From assembly GCA_964402065.1 (NCBI GenBank), contig CAYOAN010000006.1:105741-169740 (forward strand): a DNA stretch of 64,000 nt, given 5' to 3'. How positions within the stretch are numbered: the first letter of the stretch is position 1; each line of letters starts with the position of its first letter. Under the pieces are notes generated by a model, which made no database searches, was not told the DNA's origin, and saw nothing but the letters and a program-made list of their open reading frames with translations. The translations under genes were made by a program, and so were the position numbers. The DNA is from an uncultured Chthoniobacter sp. Its GTDB lineage: Bacteria > Verrucomicrobiota > Verrucomicrobiia > Chthoniobacterales > UBA6821. Positions 28,669-37,358 of this stretch are shown here, piece by piece.

Positions 28669-29631
28669 TTATAACTTAAGTAAGCGATGTAGTGCATCAG
28701 TAATTGAAGTTGCCATCGGTCGATGTGTTCCCCACAAAGCCGGATGATAAGGAACAGGCGTGTCTTTGGCATTAAGGCGCTGAGGTGGAGCATCGAGAAG
28801 CCCGAAGCCTTCTGCTGTTACCCTGGCAACAACTTCAGCGGCGACGCCTCCCCAAGGAAAAGCTTCGCTCACAACAAGCAGGCGGCCCGTTCGCGCAACA
28901 GAAGCCAAGATGGTATCGGTATCGAGTGGCTTCACTGAGCGGAGATCGACAACTTCAATTTCATAGCCTTCACTGGTGAGTTCTGCTGCTGCAGCTAGCG
29001 CCTCATGCAACATCGCGCCGTAAGCAACAACTGTGGCATCACGACCCGGACGAGCAATACGGGCTTTGTTAAAAGGCAAAGCTTCGGTTGGAAGAGACTC
29101 TGCCTTGAGATGGTAATAAAGAAACTTATGCTCACAAAAAATGACAGGATCCTGCAGCGTCATGGCTTCAAGAAACATGGTGTAAGCGTCTTCCACAGTG
29201 CTAGGAGTCATGACAATCACGCCTGGGTAAGTGGCATAGAGCGCCTCTACGCTTTGGCTGTGAAATGGTCCTGTGCCAGAAGTTCCGCCATAAGGCAGGC
29301 GAAGAACAATGGGGCATGGAACTTCTGTCCGATAAAATAACGTGGCAGCTTGATTGACAACTTGATTCAGTCCGCAGATAGAAAAATCAGCAAACTGCAT
29401 TTCTATGATGGGGCGCATTCCCTCAATAGCTGCACCAATAGCAACGCCAACTAAGGCATCTTCACTAATGGGTGCATCAATCACGCGACCTGGAAATTCT
29501 TTTGCGAGGTTTTTAGTAGCTTTGAAGGCTCCTCCAAAATGGCCAACGTCTTGCCCATAAATGAAAACACGAGGATCATCGGCAAGTGCTTTTTGCTGAG
29601 CAAGGCGAATGGCTTCGAGGTAGGTGATCAT
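28669..29631 (-). CDS. 2-oxoacid dehydrogenase E1 beta subunit
   Basis: 320 aa, transketolase-like Pyr and C-terminal domains. GQDVG.FGGAFK.T, EMQFADF. Confidence 0.9.
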   Translation of the reverse strand: MITYLEAIRLAQQKALADDPRVFIYGQDVGHFGGAFKATKNLAKEFPGRVIDAPISEDALVGVAIGAAIEGMRPIIEMQFADFSICGLNQVVNQAATLFYRTEVPCPIVLRLPYGGTSGTGPFHSQSVEALYATYPGVIVMTPSTVEDAYTMFLEAMTLQDPVIFCEHKFLYYHLKAESLPTEALPFNKARIARPGRDATVVAYGAMLHEALAAAAELTSEGYEIEVVDLRSVKPLDTDTILASVARTGRLLVVSEAFPWGGVAAEVVARVTAEGFGLLDAPPQRLNAKDTPVPYHPALWGTHRPMATSITDALHRLLKL

Positions 29632-29823
29632 GAAAGTTGAAGTGAAAGTTTAAGTTTAAGTTTCGAGATTTCGCAAAGCAAATTTTTATGAACTTCCACT
29701 GCGATGAAGCCGTTAGTGTAGATGAAGAGCAAGGAGTAACGGCACGCAGAAGGGCAGTGTATATGGAAACACTTGATGAGTCGAGTACAGTCGTGAGGCC
29801 GTTCTTTGCTGCATTAGTAAAAC

Positions 29824-30795
29824 TTAAAACACGCTAGCGTAAGCATTCCATTCCTCCTCATCAGGATCAGGGGCAGGCTCACGAAGAACACGAGAAGTGA
29901 TATTTTCGACTTCTTGCTCTAGTTCCTGCCGCCAAGAAGCGATTTCTTCGGCAGTGGCTAAATTTTTTTCAAGCAGCGTTTCTTCCGCAAGTAATAAACA
30001 ATCGCGTCCGAGTAGGGATGCTTTAATCTCGTGAGGAATATAGGAAGCATCATCGTGTTCTCCATGTCCGACAAGGCGCAATAAATCAGCAACAACGAGT
30101 TGAGGGCCCCCTCCAGCACGGGCCGCAGCAACGGCTTTTCCTACAACCTCGAGGCAACTCTCTAGATTAACTCCTTCTGCATGATGTCCAGCAACACCAT
30201 AACCAATGGCTCGATCAATAAGGTTTTTACAGGCAAACTGGCTGGTGTTGGGGGTGGAGTAGGCATATTGATTGTTAGCCACTACGACAACGAGTGGTAA
30301 TTTTTCTACAGCAGCCATGTTGAGCCCCTCATGAAAACTGCCAGTCGAAGTCCCCCCATCCCCAATACAAGTCGCACCAACAACGCCCGTTTCTCCTCGG
30401 AGGCGTCGTGCTAAAAGCGCACCAGCAACAGTGGAAACCATAACGCCAAGGTGGCTAATCATGGCGAAGTAGCCTTCTTTAGGGCGACCACGATGGATGT
30501 TTCCATCACGGCCTCGCATAGAGCCAAGCGAAGATCCGAGATAAGTTCTCATGGTGTCGAGAATCGTATCTCCAAAAGCAAGGCGACCCGCTTGATCGCG
30601 AATAAGCGGGGCATAGATATCCCCTTTCCGCAAATGGATCCCAAGAGCGACACTCAAGGCTTCTTGGCCGCGACCTAAAAAAACGCCGCCAAAAATTTTT
30701 CCAGAGCGGTACAGTGCAGTGAGCTTTTCCTCCGTAAGACGTGCTGCCAGCATCGTCTTGTAGGCGTTAAGATAGAGATCAGGCAAAACTTTCAT
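29824..30795 (-). CDS. 2-oxoacid dehydrogenase E1 alpha subunit (TPP-dependent)
   Basis: 323 aa. TPP motif GDGGTSTGSFHEGLNMAA...VVANNQYA. Confidence 0.9.
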   Translation of the reverse strand: MKVLPDLYLNAYKTMLAARLTEEKLTALYRSGKIFGGVFLGRGQEALSVALGIHLRKGDIYAPLIRDQAGRLAFGDTILDTMRTYLGSSLGSMRGRDGNIHRGRPKEGYFAMISHLGVMVSTVAGALLARRLRGETGVVGATCIGDGGTSTGSFHEGLNMAAVEKLPLVVVVANNQYAYSTPNTSQFACKNLIDRAIGYGVAGHHAEGVNLESCLEVVGKAVAAARAGGGPQLVVADLLRLVGHGEHDDASYIPHEIKASLLGRDCLLLAEETLLEKNLATAEEIASWRQELEQEVENITSRVLREPAPDPDEEEWNAYASVF

Positions 30796-30836
30796 GATGG
30801 AAGCTGTAGCTTACAACCTACAGATTCTAGGTTACA
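30796..30836 (-). repeat. Tandem degenerate heptamer leader array abutting the E1alpha start codon
   Basis: Minus strand reads TTTC-TGTAACC-TAGAATC-TGTAGGT-TGTAAGC-TACAGCT-TCCATC-ATG. Confidence 0.5.
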
Positions 30837-30914
30837 GAAAAAACTTTTCGGAAAAATTTTTTTTAATGCCTCTAGAAAAATATCAGCTGCAATATTTTTA
30901 AAACTCCCTAACTA

Positions 30915-31346
30915 TTACGAGGGGAGTGATCTCCAGAGGAGTAATAAGATGATCAATAAAACAGCGCAAAGCAGAACAAATTGCATCCGGGCCGCACGAC
31001 GTTCGGCTAAGCGCTTTCCTCCTGATGCAGAAGTTGGCCTGCTGCTACGCAAGGCTTCACGCTTGTCACGCAGCTTGCTGATTCCGTCAGCACGGGTAGG
31101 TGCAGCAACTAAATGAAGGCGCATTAACTCTTGTTGCTTTCGCTGACGTTCGGCAAGTTTTTTAGGAAGGCTTTCTAAGCGTTGTCGGGCCGCGATTTCT
31201 TGCTGGCGAATTTTTTCCTCAAGCTTTCGAATTTCTTCTGCCTCCTGGTGCAAAAGCTGACGATCGACATCTAACTTGCGTGTCCGTTGAGGGACAGAAT
31301 TGTTACGACCACTGCGAGAGCGGGAGTTAGAAGGGCGACGAAGCAT
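30915..31346 (-). CDS. Hypothetical Arg/Glu-rich coiled-coil protein with C-terminal TM anchor
   Basis: 143 aa. A charged heptad-like region (EEIRKLEEKIRQQEIAARQRLE) and a C-terminal FVLLCAVLLIILLLLW. Confidence 0.5.
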   Translation of the reverse strand: MLRRPSNSRSRSGRNNSVPQRTRKLDVDRQLLHQEAEEIRKLEEKIRQQEIAARQRLESLPKKLAERQRKQQELMRLHLVAAPTRADGISKLRDKREALRSSRPTSASGGKRLAERRAARMQFVLLCAVLLIILLLLWRSLPS

Positions 31347-31353
31347 GGGTTTT

Positions 31354-31998
31354 TTATCGCGGTGCTAATGTCAAAATGCGCCAGATCCAAATACCGAGGG
31401 CAACAAACCCGAGCGCTAAGAGTGGGAGCGTAAAGGCAGCCCCGCATTGTAACCAGTAGAGGAATCCTTGCTCTTTAAGCCCGAATTCATCGGCATAAGA
31501 TTCTTCTAAAATATCATTTTCTTCGATTGGGGCAATTTTAGCTTGAGTGCGAGTGTAAGTGGCTTTGGCTTCATCAACAATTCCAGTTGCTCGCGTCAGT
31601 TCGCGCGCAAGTTCCTTGCCGCCCCAGCTTTTGCAATCAATTTGCTCTAGTTCTTTCAAGTGTTCTGCAAAAGAATCTTGAATATTATGAAGCTGTTCTA
31701 AGCGACGTTGTGATTCTTCGCTCTCTCGTTGCACCAAGAGTAGTGAGCGCGTTAGTTTATCAACCATCTCAATGCGACCACGTTCAAGGTCTTCCTGGCG
31801 ACGACTTAATTCTTCAAGACGTTGTTTTTCTTTTTCAATTTGATCTTGGCGGCGCTTGAGCTCGATTAATTCAGATTGAGCGCGTTGCACTTGATCCTGG
31901 AGTTCTTCAGCAGAAGGCTCTTCAGCTAAGTCTAGTAGCTCATCGTGGTCATTGATAAAGTCGGACATGCTTCTATTATTTAGCGGAGAAAAGTACAT
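31354..31998 (-). CDS. Hypothetical coiled-coil protein with C-terminal TM segments
   Basis: 214 aa, with an alternative ATG at 31968. A coiled-coil region (ELIELKRRQDQIEKEKQRLEELSRRQEDLERG) and a C-terminal hydrophobic AAFTLPLLALGFVALGIWIW. Confidence 0.5.
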   Translation of the reverse strand: MYFSPLNNRSMSDFINDHDELLDLAEEPSAEELQDQVQRAQSELIELKRRQDQIEKEKQRLEELSRRQEDLERGRIEMVDKLTRSLLLVQRESEESQRRLEQLHNIQDSFAEHLKELEQIDCKSWGGKELARELTRATGIVDEAKATYTRTQAKIAPIEENDILEESYADEFGLKEQGFLYWLQCGAAFTLPLLALGFVALGIWIWRILTLAPR

Positions 31999-32007
31999 TT
32001 GAAAAGC

Positions 32008-32679
32008 TCAACTTGCGTTCCTTTCTCCAAAAAGTGCGGATCCAATTCTAACGAGGGTTGCCCCCTCTTCAATCGCGATTTCAAAATCGTGGCTCATCCC
32101 CATCGAAAGCGAAGAAAGGGGAATTCCAAAGTCACGTGCCGCTTCATCGCGAAGTTTTCGAAGCTGAGCAAAATAAGGGCGCGTTGTTTCTGGGTCTTTG
32201 GTGAGTGGAGCCATCGTCATAAAGCCTTCTACTTGCAGACGAGGCAGCTTCAAAAGCTGATCTAATGAGGCTTTCAGCATCGTTGGAGAAAAACCATGCT
32301 TGCTTGCTTCGCCCGAAACATTTACTTCCAAGAGAACGCGTGGAAATCGTCCCATTTCTTCAGCAATACGGTCCATAGCCAGCGCTAGATCAAGAGAGTC
32401 AATGCTATGAAAGAGTTCAAAGAGGGGGAGTGCCTTTCTAATTTTGTTACTCTGCAGGTGTCCGATAAAATGCCAATGGAGTTTTGCAGGTAGCAGAGGG
32501 ATTTTGATAGCAGCCTCTTGAATACGGCTTTCTCCGAAGAGAGAGAGGCCTTCTTCCATGATCGTCCGAATTTTTGGAGCAGGCTGATATTTTGAAACTC
32601 CCACAAGTTGAATATCAGAGGCCTTGCGGCCTGAGCGTTCGGCGGCAGCAGAAATGCGATTTTGCAAGAGGGAGAGCAT
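32008..32679 (-). CDS. yggS: PLP-binding homeostasis protein YggS family
   Basis: LVGVSKYQP (PLP lysine), [38 protein letters not shown]. Confidence 0.9.
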   Translation of the reverse strand: MLSLLQNRISAAAERSGRKASDIQLVGVSKYQPAPKIRTIMEEGLSLFGESRIQEAAIKIPLLPAKLHWHFIGHLQSNKIRKALPLFELFHSIDSLDLALAMDRIAEEMGRFPRVLLEVNVSGEASKHGFSPTMLKASLDQLLKLPRLQVEGFMTMAPLTKDPETTRPYFAQLRKLRDEAARDFGIPLSSLSMGMSHDFEIAIEEGATLVRIGSALFGERNAS

Positions 32680-32690
32680 AAAATAAAAAG

Positions 32691-35111
32691 ATGAAAGAAA
32701 AGACGTATATTTTTACAATTCGAATTGCTCCCTGCAATGAATTAAAGATAATGCTTCCATTCACAATGATCCGCGGGAGCATAATTTTTCTTTTTTTGGG
32801 GTTATCCCTTGTTGCTCAGGAGACAGATACCCATCTTTCTTCTGATGCCACTTCGACGGCTCTTGATCTGATTAGCAAGACACGAGCTGAAATGGAGGCT
32901 GAGAAAAAAGTAGATAAAAAAATAGCACCAACCGTGCCTGCCTCTCCTAATTCTAGTGGGGATGTTCTTTCTAGTACACGCGCAGAAATGGAAGCGGAAG
33001 GAATTTCTCTCAAACCAACGTTCCGACCCGCTGATTTTGCAACCGGAGATATTATTTCGGAAACACGTGCCGAAATGGAGGCGAGTCGCATTCCGTGGAG
33101 GACTTCCAACTTTACGATTGTGGCGCAGAATCGTCCGATTAATGATTTGCTGCGAGACTTTGGAGGGCAACAAGGGTTGCATGTTCATGTCAGCCCTTCT
33201 GTTCAAGGAGAGATCAGTGGAAGTTTTGTTAATCAATCGCCAGCTGCTTTTTTGGCTCAAATGGCCAGAGCCTATGGCCTTAGTTGGTTTTATGTCAATG
33301 GACTGCTCTATATTGGCAGCAATCAAGAAGTGAACCTGTTAGTCAAGCCGCTCCGCTATGTCAAAGCAGATGCGGCGCTCGAAATGCTGAGGACTAGCGG
33401 TTTTATCTCCTCTGATGGACGCGTAGAAAAAATCAAAGATTCTGGAATGGTTACCATTTCTGGTATTCCAAAATACATTGAGTTAACCACACAGCTCCTC
33501 AACTCGATTGATAGTGAGACTCAATTTCATGACAATGGGGAGACAGTCATTGAAGTTTTTCCGCTGAACAATGCATGGGCTTATGACGTAAACATTGGTG
33601 GTGGTGTGGCAACAATTCAAGGTGTCGCCTCGACGTTGAGGCAATTAATTTGGGGGTATGGTGGTGGTGGCGTTGGACGTACAGGAGGCTTTGGATCCGG
33701 AGCTGGAGGAAGTGTTAATGGGGCTCTCAATAAAAATGGCGTGCCAAATCAACTTTCTGTTCCTAATCAAACAACCGGTGTTCTTCCGCCAACGTCGCAA
33801 CAAGTCCCTCCTGGATATGCAGGAAATGCTCCTGCTATGGCCAACTCTGGATCACCTGGACGTCCTCCTTCTGTTGCCAATAATGGAACGCCTGACCTTC
33901 CGCCTGCTTCGGAGAGCCCTAATCTTCCTAGCTCTCCAAGTGGTGGCCCTGGCTCTGATTGGACTTATGCCATGATTACGGCAGACGTCCGGAGGAATGC
34001 TATTGTTATTCGAGATATCCGCGCCAATATGCCTCTCTATGAAGCAGCTATCCGTAAACTCGACGTGCCAGTGCGCGTTGTGGAGATTTCAGCAGCGATT
34101 GTTGATTTGCAATTGGGAACTGGGCGGACGCTTGGATTAAATACTTTTGGCGTCAATACGGGGTCTTTCAGTGTTGGAGGGAGCACTACCAATGAGATTG
34201 CTGCTGGGGCAACGGCTGCTCCGGGAAGTCCTTCTAATCTCAACTTAAATGGTGTTTTTGGAACAACGGCTATTACTGCAAAGATCAATTTTTTAGCCTC
34301 AGAAAAGAAAGCAAAAATTTTATCGCGACCTACAATTTTAACGCTCGATAATTTTGGGGCCATGATCAACCATGAAGAAACTTTTTATGTCAATTCTGTT
34401 GGTCAGTATGTCAGTAATCTTTACAATGTGAGCACGGGTCTTAACTTACAAGTTGTTCCTCACATCACCCTGTCTCATGGTGAAAATCGCATCTACCTGC
34501 AGGTTCAAATTCAAGATGGAAAATCGATTCCACAAGGTGCAGGAGGCCTTCCGACAGTCGAGCAATCAAGCTTAACAACGCAGTCGGTAGTTAAAGAAGG
34601 TCAGAGCTTGCTGATTGGAGGTATCTATAAAAAAGTAACAGGAAAAGATGCCAGCGGCTACCCTTGGCTTTACAAGCTTCCTGTGGTGAGTTTTCTTTTT
34701 GGTGTAAAAGACAGTGCCAAAAATATGGTGGAGAGTGTGTTTCTTATTACTCCACGGATTATCGAGGTCAGTTCAAAAAATCTGGGTGACTATAGCGAAT
34801 ACTTTAAGCCAGCGCCATTAGTAGAAGATGCCATGAATATTGAACAAAGCGCCAGTTCTCTTCCTACTTCGGAAATTCAAGCTATGTCGAATAAAGGCTG
34901 GGTCACTTCTACCAATCAAGCTGTGCCTTTAACGCCAAGTGCTTCCACCAGTCATAAGAATGGCGTAAAAAATAAAACGAAGCAAAATAGAACGACTGCT
35001 TCCTTGCCTGGATCACAACCTATACCAGCAGCAACACCTAAAGCGAAAAAAGGCTATCCCTACGATCCGCCGTTGAAACTTCCCAAGTCTCAATTAGATG
35101 TTGATGAGTAA
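32691..35111 (+). CDS. sctC: Type III secretion-type secretin (SctC/YscC/InvG-like) with atypical N-terminal repeats, Gly/Pro-rich insert and C-terminal tail
   Basis: The N0/N1-like region NDLLRDFGGQQGLHVHVSPSVQGEISGSFVNQSPAAFLAQMARAYGLSWFYVNGLLYIGSNQE resembles the YscC/InvG N-terminus. The secretin core follows (ILSRPTILTLDN..A.I......Y, SLLIGGIY, FLITPRII). The true start is probably M21 (32751) or M26 (32766), just before the signal-like IIFLFLGLSLVAQE. Confidence 0.7.
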   Translation: MKEKTYIFTIRIAPCNELKIMLPFTMIRGSIIFLFLGLSLVAQETDTHLSSDATSTALDLISKTRAEMEAEKKVDKKIAPTVPASPNSSGDVLSSTRAEMEAEGISLKPTFRPADFATGDIISETRAEMEASRIPWRTSNFTIVAQNRPINDLLRDFGGQQGLHVHVSPSVQGEISGSFVNQSPAAFLAQMARAYGLSWFYVNGLLYIGSNQEVNLLVKPLRYVKADAALEMLRTSGFISSDGRVEKIKDSGMVTISGIPKYIELTTQLLNSIDSETQFHDNGETVIEVFPLNNAWAYDVNIGGGVATIQGVASTLRQLIWGYGGGGVGRTGGFGSGAGGSVNGALNKNGVPNQLSVPNQTTGVLPPTSQQVPPGYAGNAPAMANSGSPGRPPSVANNGTPDLPPASESPNLPSSPSGGPGSDWTYAMITADVRRNAIVIRDIRANMPLYEAAIRKLDVPVRVVEISAAIVDLQLGTGRTLGLNTFGVNTGSFSVGGSTTNEIAAGATAAPGSPSNLNLNGVFGTTAITAKINFLASEKKAKILSRPTILTLDNFGAMINHEETFYVNSVGQYVSNLYNVSTGLNLQVVPHITLSHGENRIYLQVQIQDGKSIPQGAGGLPTVEQSSLTTQSVVKEGQSLLIGGIYKKVTGKDASGYPWLYKLPVVSFLFGVKDSAKNMVESVFLITPRIIEVSSKNLGDYSEYFKPAPLVEDAMNIEQSASSLPTSEIQAMSNKGWVTSTNQAVPLTPSASTSHKNGVKNKTKQNRTTASLPGSQPIPAATPKAKKGYPYDPPLKLPKSQLDVDE
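32871..33086 (+). repeat. In-frame triple repeat (I/L)S-x-TRAEMEA(E/S) in the secretin N-terminus
   Basis: ISKTRAEMEAE / LSSTRAEMEAE / ISETRAEMEAS, spaced about 30 codons apart. Confidence 0.8.
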
Positions 35112-35461
35112 AGCAAGACAGGATGCTCTCTATTCCCTTCATGTTCTTAGGGTGAATGTAGCAATATAAAATTACCATGAGTGGTAAGAGAAATGGAGCT
35201 AGGGTAGATTAACTAACGTTCCAGCCGCTTGGGATCAATGGAGTGGCCAATGATCCTCCCCTGCCTAGTTAATGGATCTTGCGGGAACAACTGGGCGGAT
35301 GTTCTCAATAACAACAAGACAGCTAGAGCGGTTTAAAAATGCCCTAATAGGATTGCTGCTAATAGATCCTAGCGACAGTTAGCATTTTGCACTAAAGAAT
35401 GCACCGTGATTAATACGGGCGGTTTTGTTTTTCTTGCTTGTGGCAGGCTAGGCCCTTGCAG

Positions 35462-36604
35462 CTATTCTTCCCAGTCACTACTCTCAGGAACAATAGCAAG
35501 AGAAACAGGTCGGTGTGTTTTGAGCTTCCACCATTTCCAGAGGAGATTACCAAGGATGTAGATGATCAAGGCAGGGTAGAGAACTTCAATAACGGGAGAG
35601 ACGATTTTCATAATGCCACTAAATCCGAGGGAGGTCATGGCAGCAGTTATGATAACGGTGATAATTAGAGAAACAAGGTAGCTGAGCCGCCCTGCCAACA
35701 AGTCTTTGTGCAAGTACATAGCAAACATAGCAGTCAAAGCAATAGCTGTTGTAAGGCAGGCAATGGCAACGGTAACGTTTGCAAAACAACCGCCGGCGGT
35801 TCCAAGAATTAAAATGGTTAATGAACTAAAAATGTCTGCTTTTTCAACGGAAGCAAGTTGAGCTCCATGAAAACCAGAGGTGATGCAAAAGCCAGCATAA
35901 ACAATTGATAAAAGAAACCCTCCCACGAGGCTTGCCTTTAACCCTAACTTGATAACAGCACGTGCATCGTTTTGTTGTTCAGGATGAAGGCCCTCTCTTA
36001 ATCGGCTTAGAATGAGGCTGGAGAGGAATATCATTGCGATGAGATCACATGTTCCGTAGCCAGCAAAGAGCCCCATTTTGAATCCTTCGACTTTGGTTAA
36101 AGTTACTGGCAACATCATCGATGGAGCAAAAATTCCTTTGGCAATAATCGCGAGCAGAAGAGTAACTTTTAAAGGGCCTAAAAATTTTCCCAGCAAATCG
36201 ATGATAAAACTGCTTTTGACTGTGCAAAGAAAAATAAGCAACGCGCAGGCCGCTCCAAACAACCAAAGAGGAACCCCTGGCATGTAAGATTTAACGGCAG
36301 TGTAAGAAATAGAAACGCAACGTGGTATAATTGCCAGCGGTCCCATTAAGATCATGCAGCTAGCAGTAATTAAAAAAGTAGGGATCTTTCCAAGTGGAGC
36401 GAAAAGAGCTTTGTAATCACCATGATTGAGCATGATAGCAAAAAGACCTAGGAGCGGCACTATAACAGCGGTGACGCAGAATCCAGTTAACCCAAAAGCA
36501 AGTTGGTTGGCGCTATCACGGCCTAAAATTAATGGGAAAACAACATTGCCAGCGCCAAATAACATAGCGAACATAGCAAAGCCTGAGGTCAATACTTTTT
36601 TCAT
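35462..36604 (-). CDS. brnQ: Branched-chain amino acid transport system II carrier (BrnQ/LIVCS family)
   Basis: 380 aa and polytopic. N-terminal GFAMFAMLFGAGNVVFPLILG is the BrnQ signature. It is shorter than typical BrnQ (about 440 aa). Confidence 0.7.
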   Translation of the reverse strand: MKKVLTSGFAMFAMLFGAGNVVFPLILGRDSANQLAFGLTGFCVTAVIVPLLGLFAIMLNHGDYKALFAPLGKIPTFLITASCMILMGPLAIIPRCVSISYTAVKSYMPGVPLWLFGAACALLIFLCTVKSSFIIDLLGKFLGPLKVTLLLAIIAKGIFAPSMMLPVTLTKVEGFKMGLFAGYGTCDLIAMIFLSSLILSRLREGLHPEQQNDARAVIKLGLKASLVGGFLLSIVYAGFCITSGFHGAQLASVEKADIFSSLTILILGTAGGCFANVTVAIACLTTAIALTAMFAMYLHKDLLAGRLSYLVSLIITVIITAAMTSLGFSGIMKIVSPVIEVLYPALIIYILGNLLWKWWKLKTHRPVSLAIVPESSDWEE

Positions 36605-36625
36605 AACGGGAGACCCTAAAGCAAC

Positions 36626-37192
36626 ATGTTAAATTCTGCAATGAAATCTCTATTTTTTAAAAAAAAGAACGCTTTTTTTTTGCTGTTTGTTTTTATCCCG
36701 TGGCTCTCTTTGCAAGCCGCACAGCAAATCAAAGTGCCTCTAGGCTGTGCGTGGGGAGAAAGTCCTGGGCAATTAGATGAACTGATTCATGCAGGAGGAC
36801 TCACGCTGGTTGGAACAGAGGTGATTCCTTCCGCCCGAAAAAAAGTTGTGACTGTTCGTGGTGTTATTGGTGCCGCATTAAAACAAAATAACTTTATTTT
36901 TCAAAAAGAAGAACTTACTGAAATTGAATACCAGTACGGTGATTCAAGGTGGGATGACAAAAAGCACCAAGAGTTTTTTGATAATTTTCGACGGATGTTC
37001 GAAAACAAATATGGGCCAGGAACACCATTAACAAAAACGGGAACTCTGCAAAGTAGTGTTGGCGGAATCGCCACCTCAATTGTTGGTTATGAATGGGCTC
37101 AATCTTGTTGTGTGTTAGATCTTTTTTACTATAGCGCAGAACGCGGTGCTCAGCGCTATCAAGTGGTAAGCGTGCATTACAAAATGCCGTAG
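36626..37192 (+). CDS. Hypothetical exported protein upstream of rhs
   Basis: 188 aa with a signal-like FFLLFVFIPWLSLQAAQQ. No family recognised. Confidence 0.45.
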   Translation: MLNSAMKSLFFKKKNAFFLLFVFIPWLSLQAAQQIKVPLGCAWGESPGQLDELIHAGGLTLVGTEVIPSARKKVVTVRGVIGAALKQNNFIFQKEELTEIEYQYGDSRWDDKKHQEFFDNFRRMFENKYGPGTPLTKTGTLQSSVGGIATSIVGYEWAQSCCVLDLFYYSAERGAQRYQVVSVHYKMP

Positions 37193-37358
37193 CATAGTAG
37201 CGCCAGATTAACGTTGCTGGGCCGCAGAGCCTCGTTTCTAGGGAGTTCGATTATTGTTAGCAGAGTATAGAAGGAGCGCTAATTGAGAAAAAAGGCCAGG
37301 AAAAATCAATATTTTAATGCTGTTAAAACATCATTTTTGTTGACTTTTCTGTTTTTAT

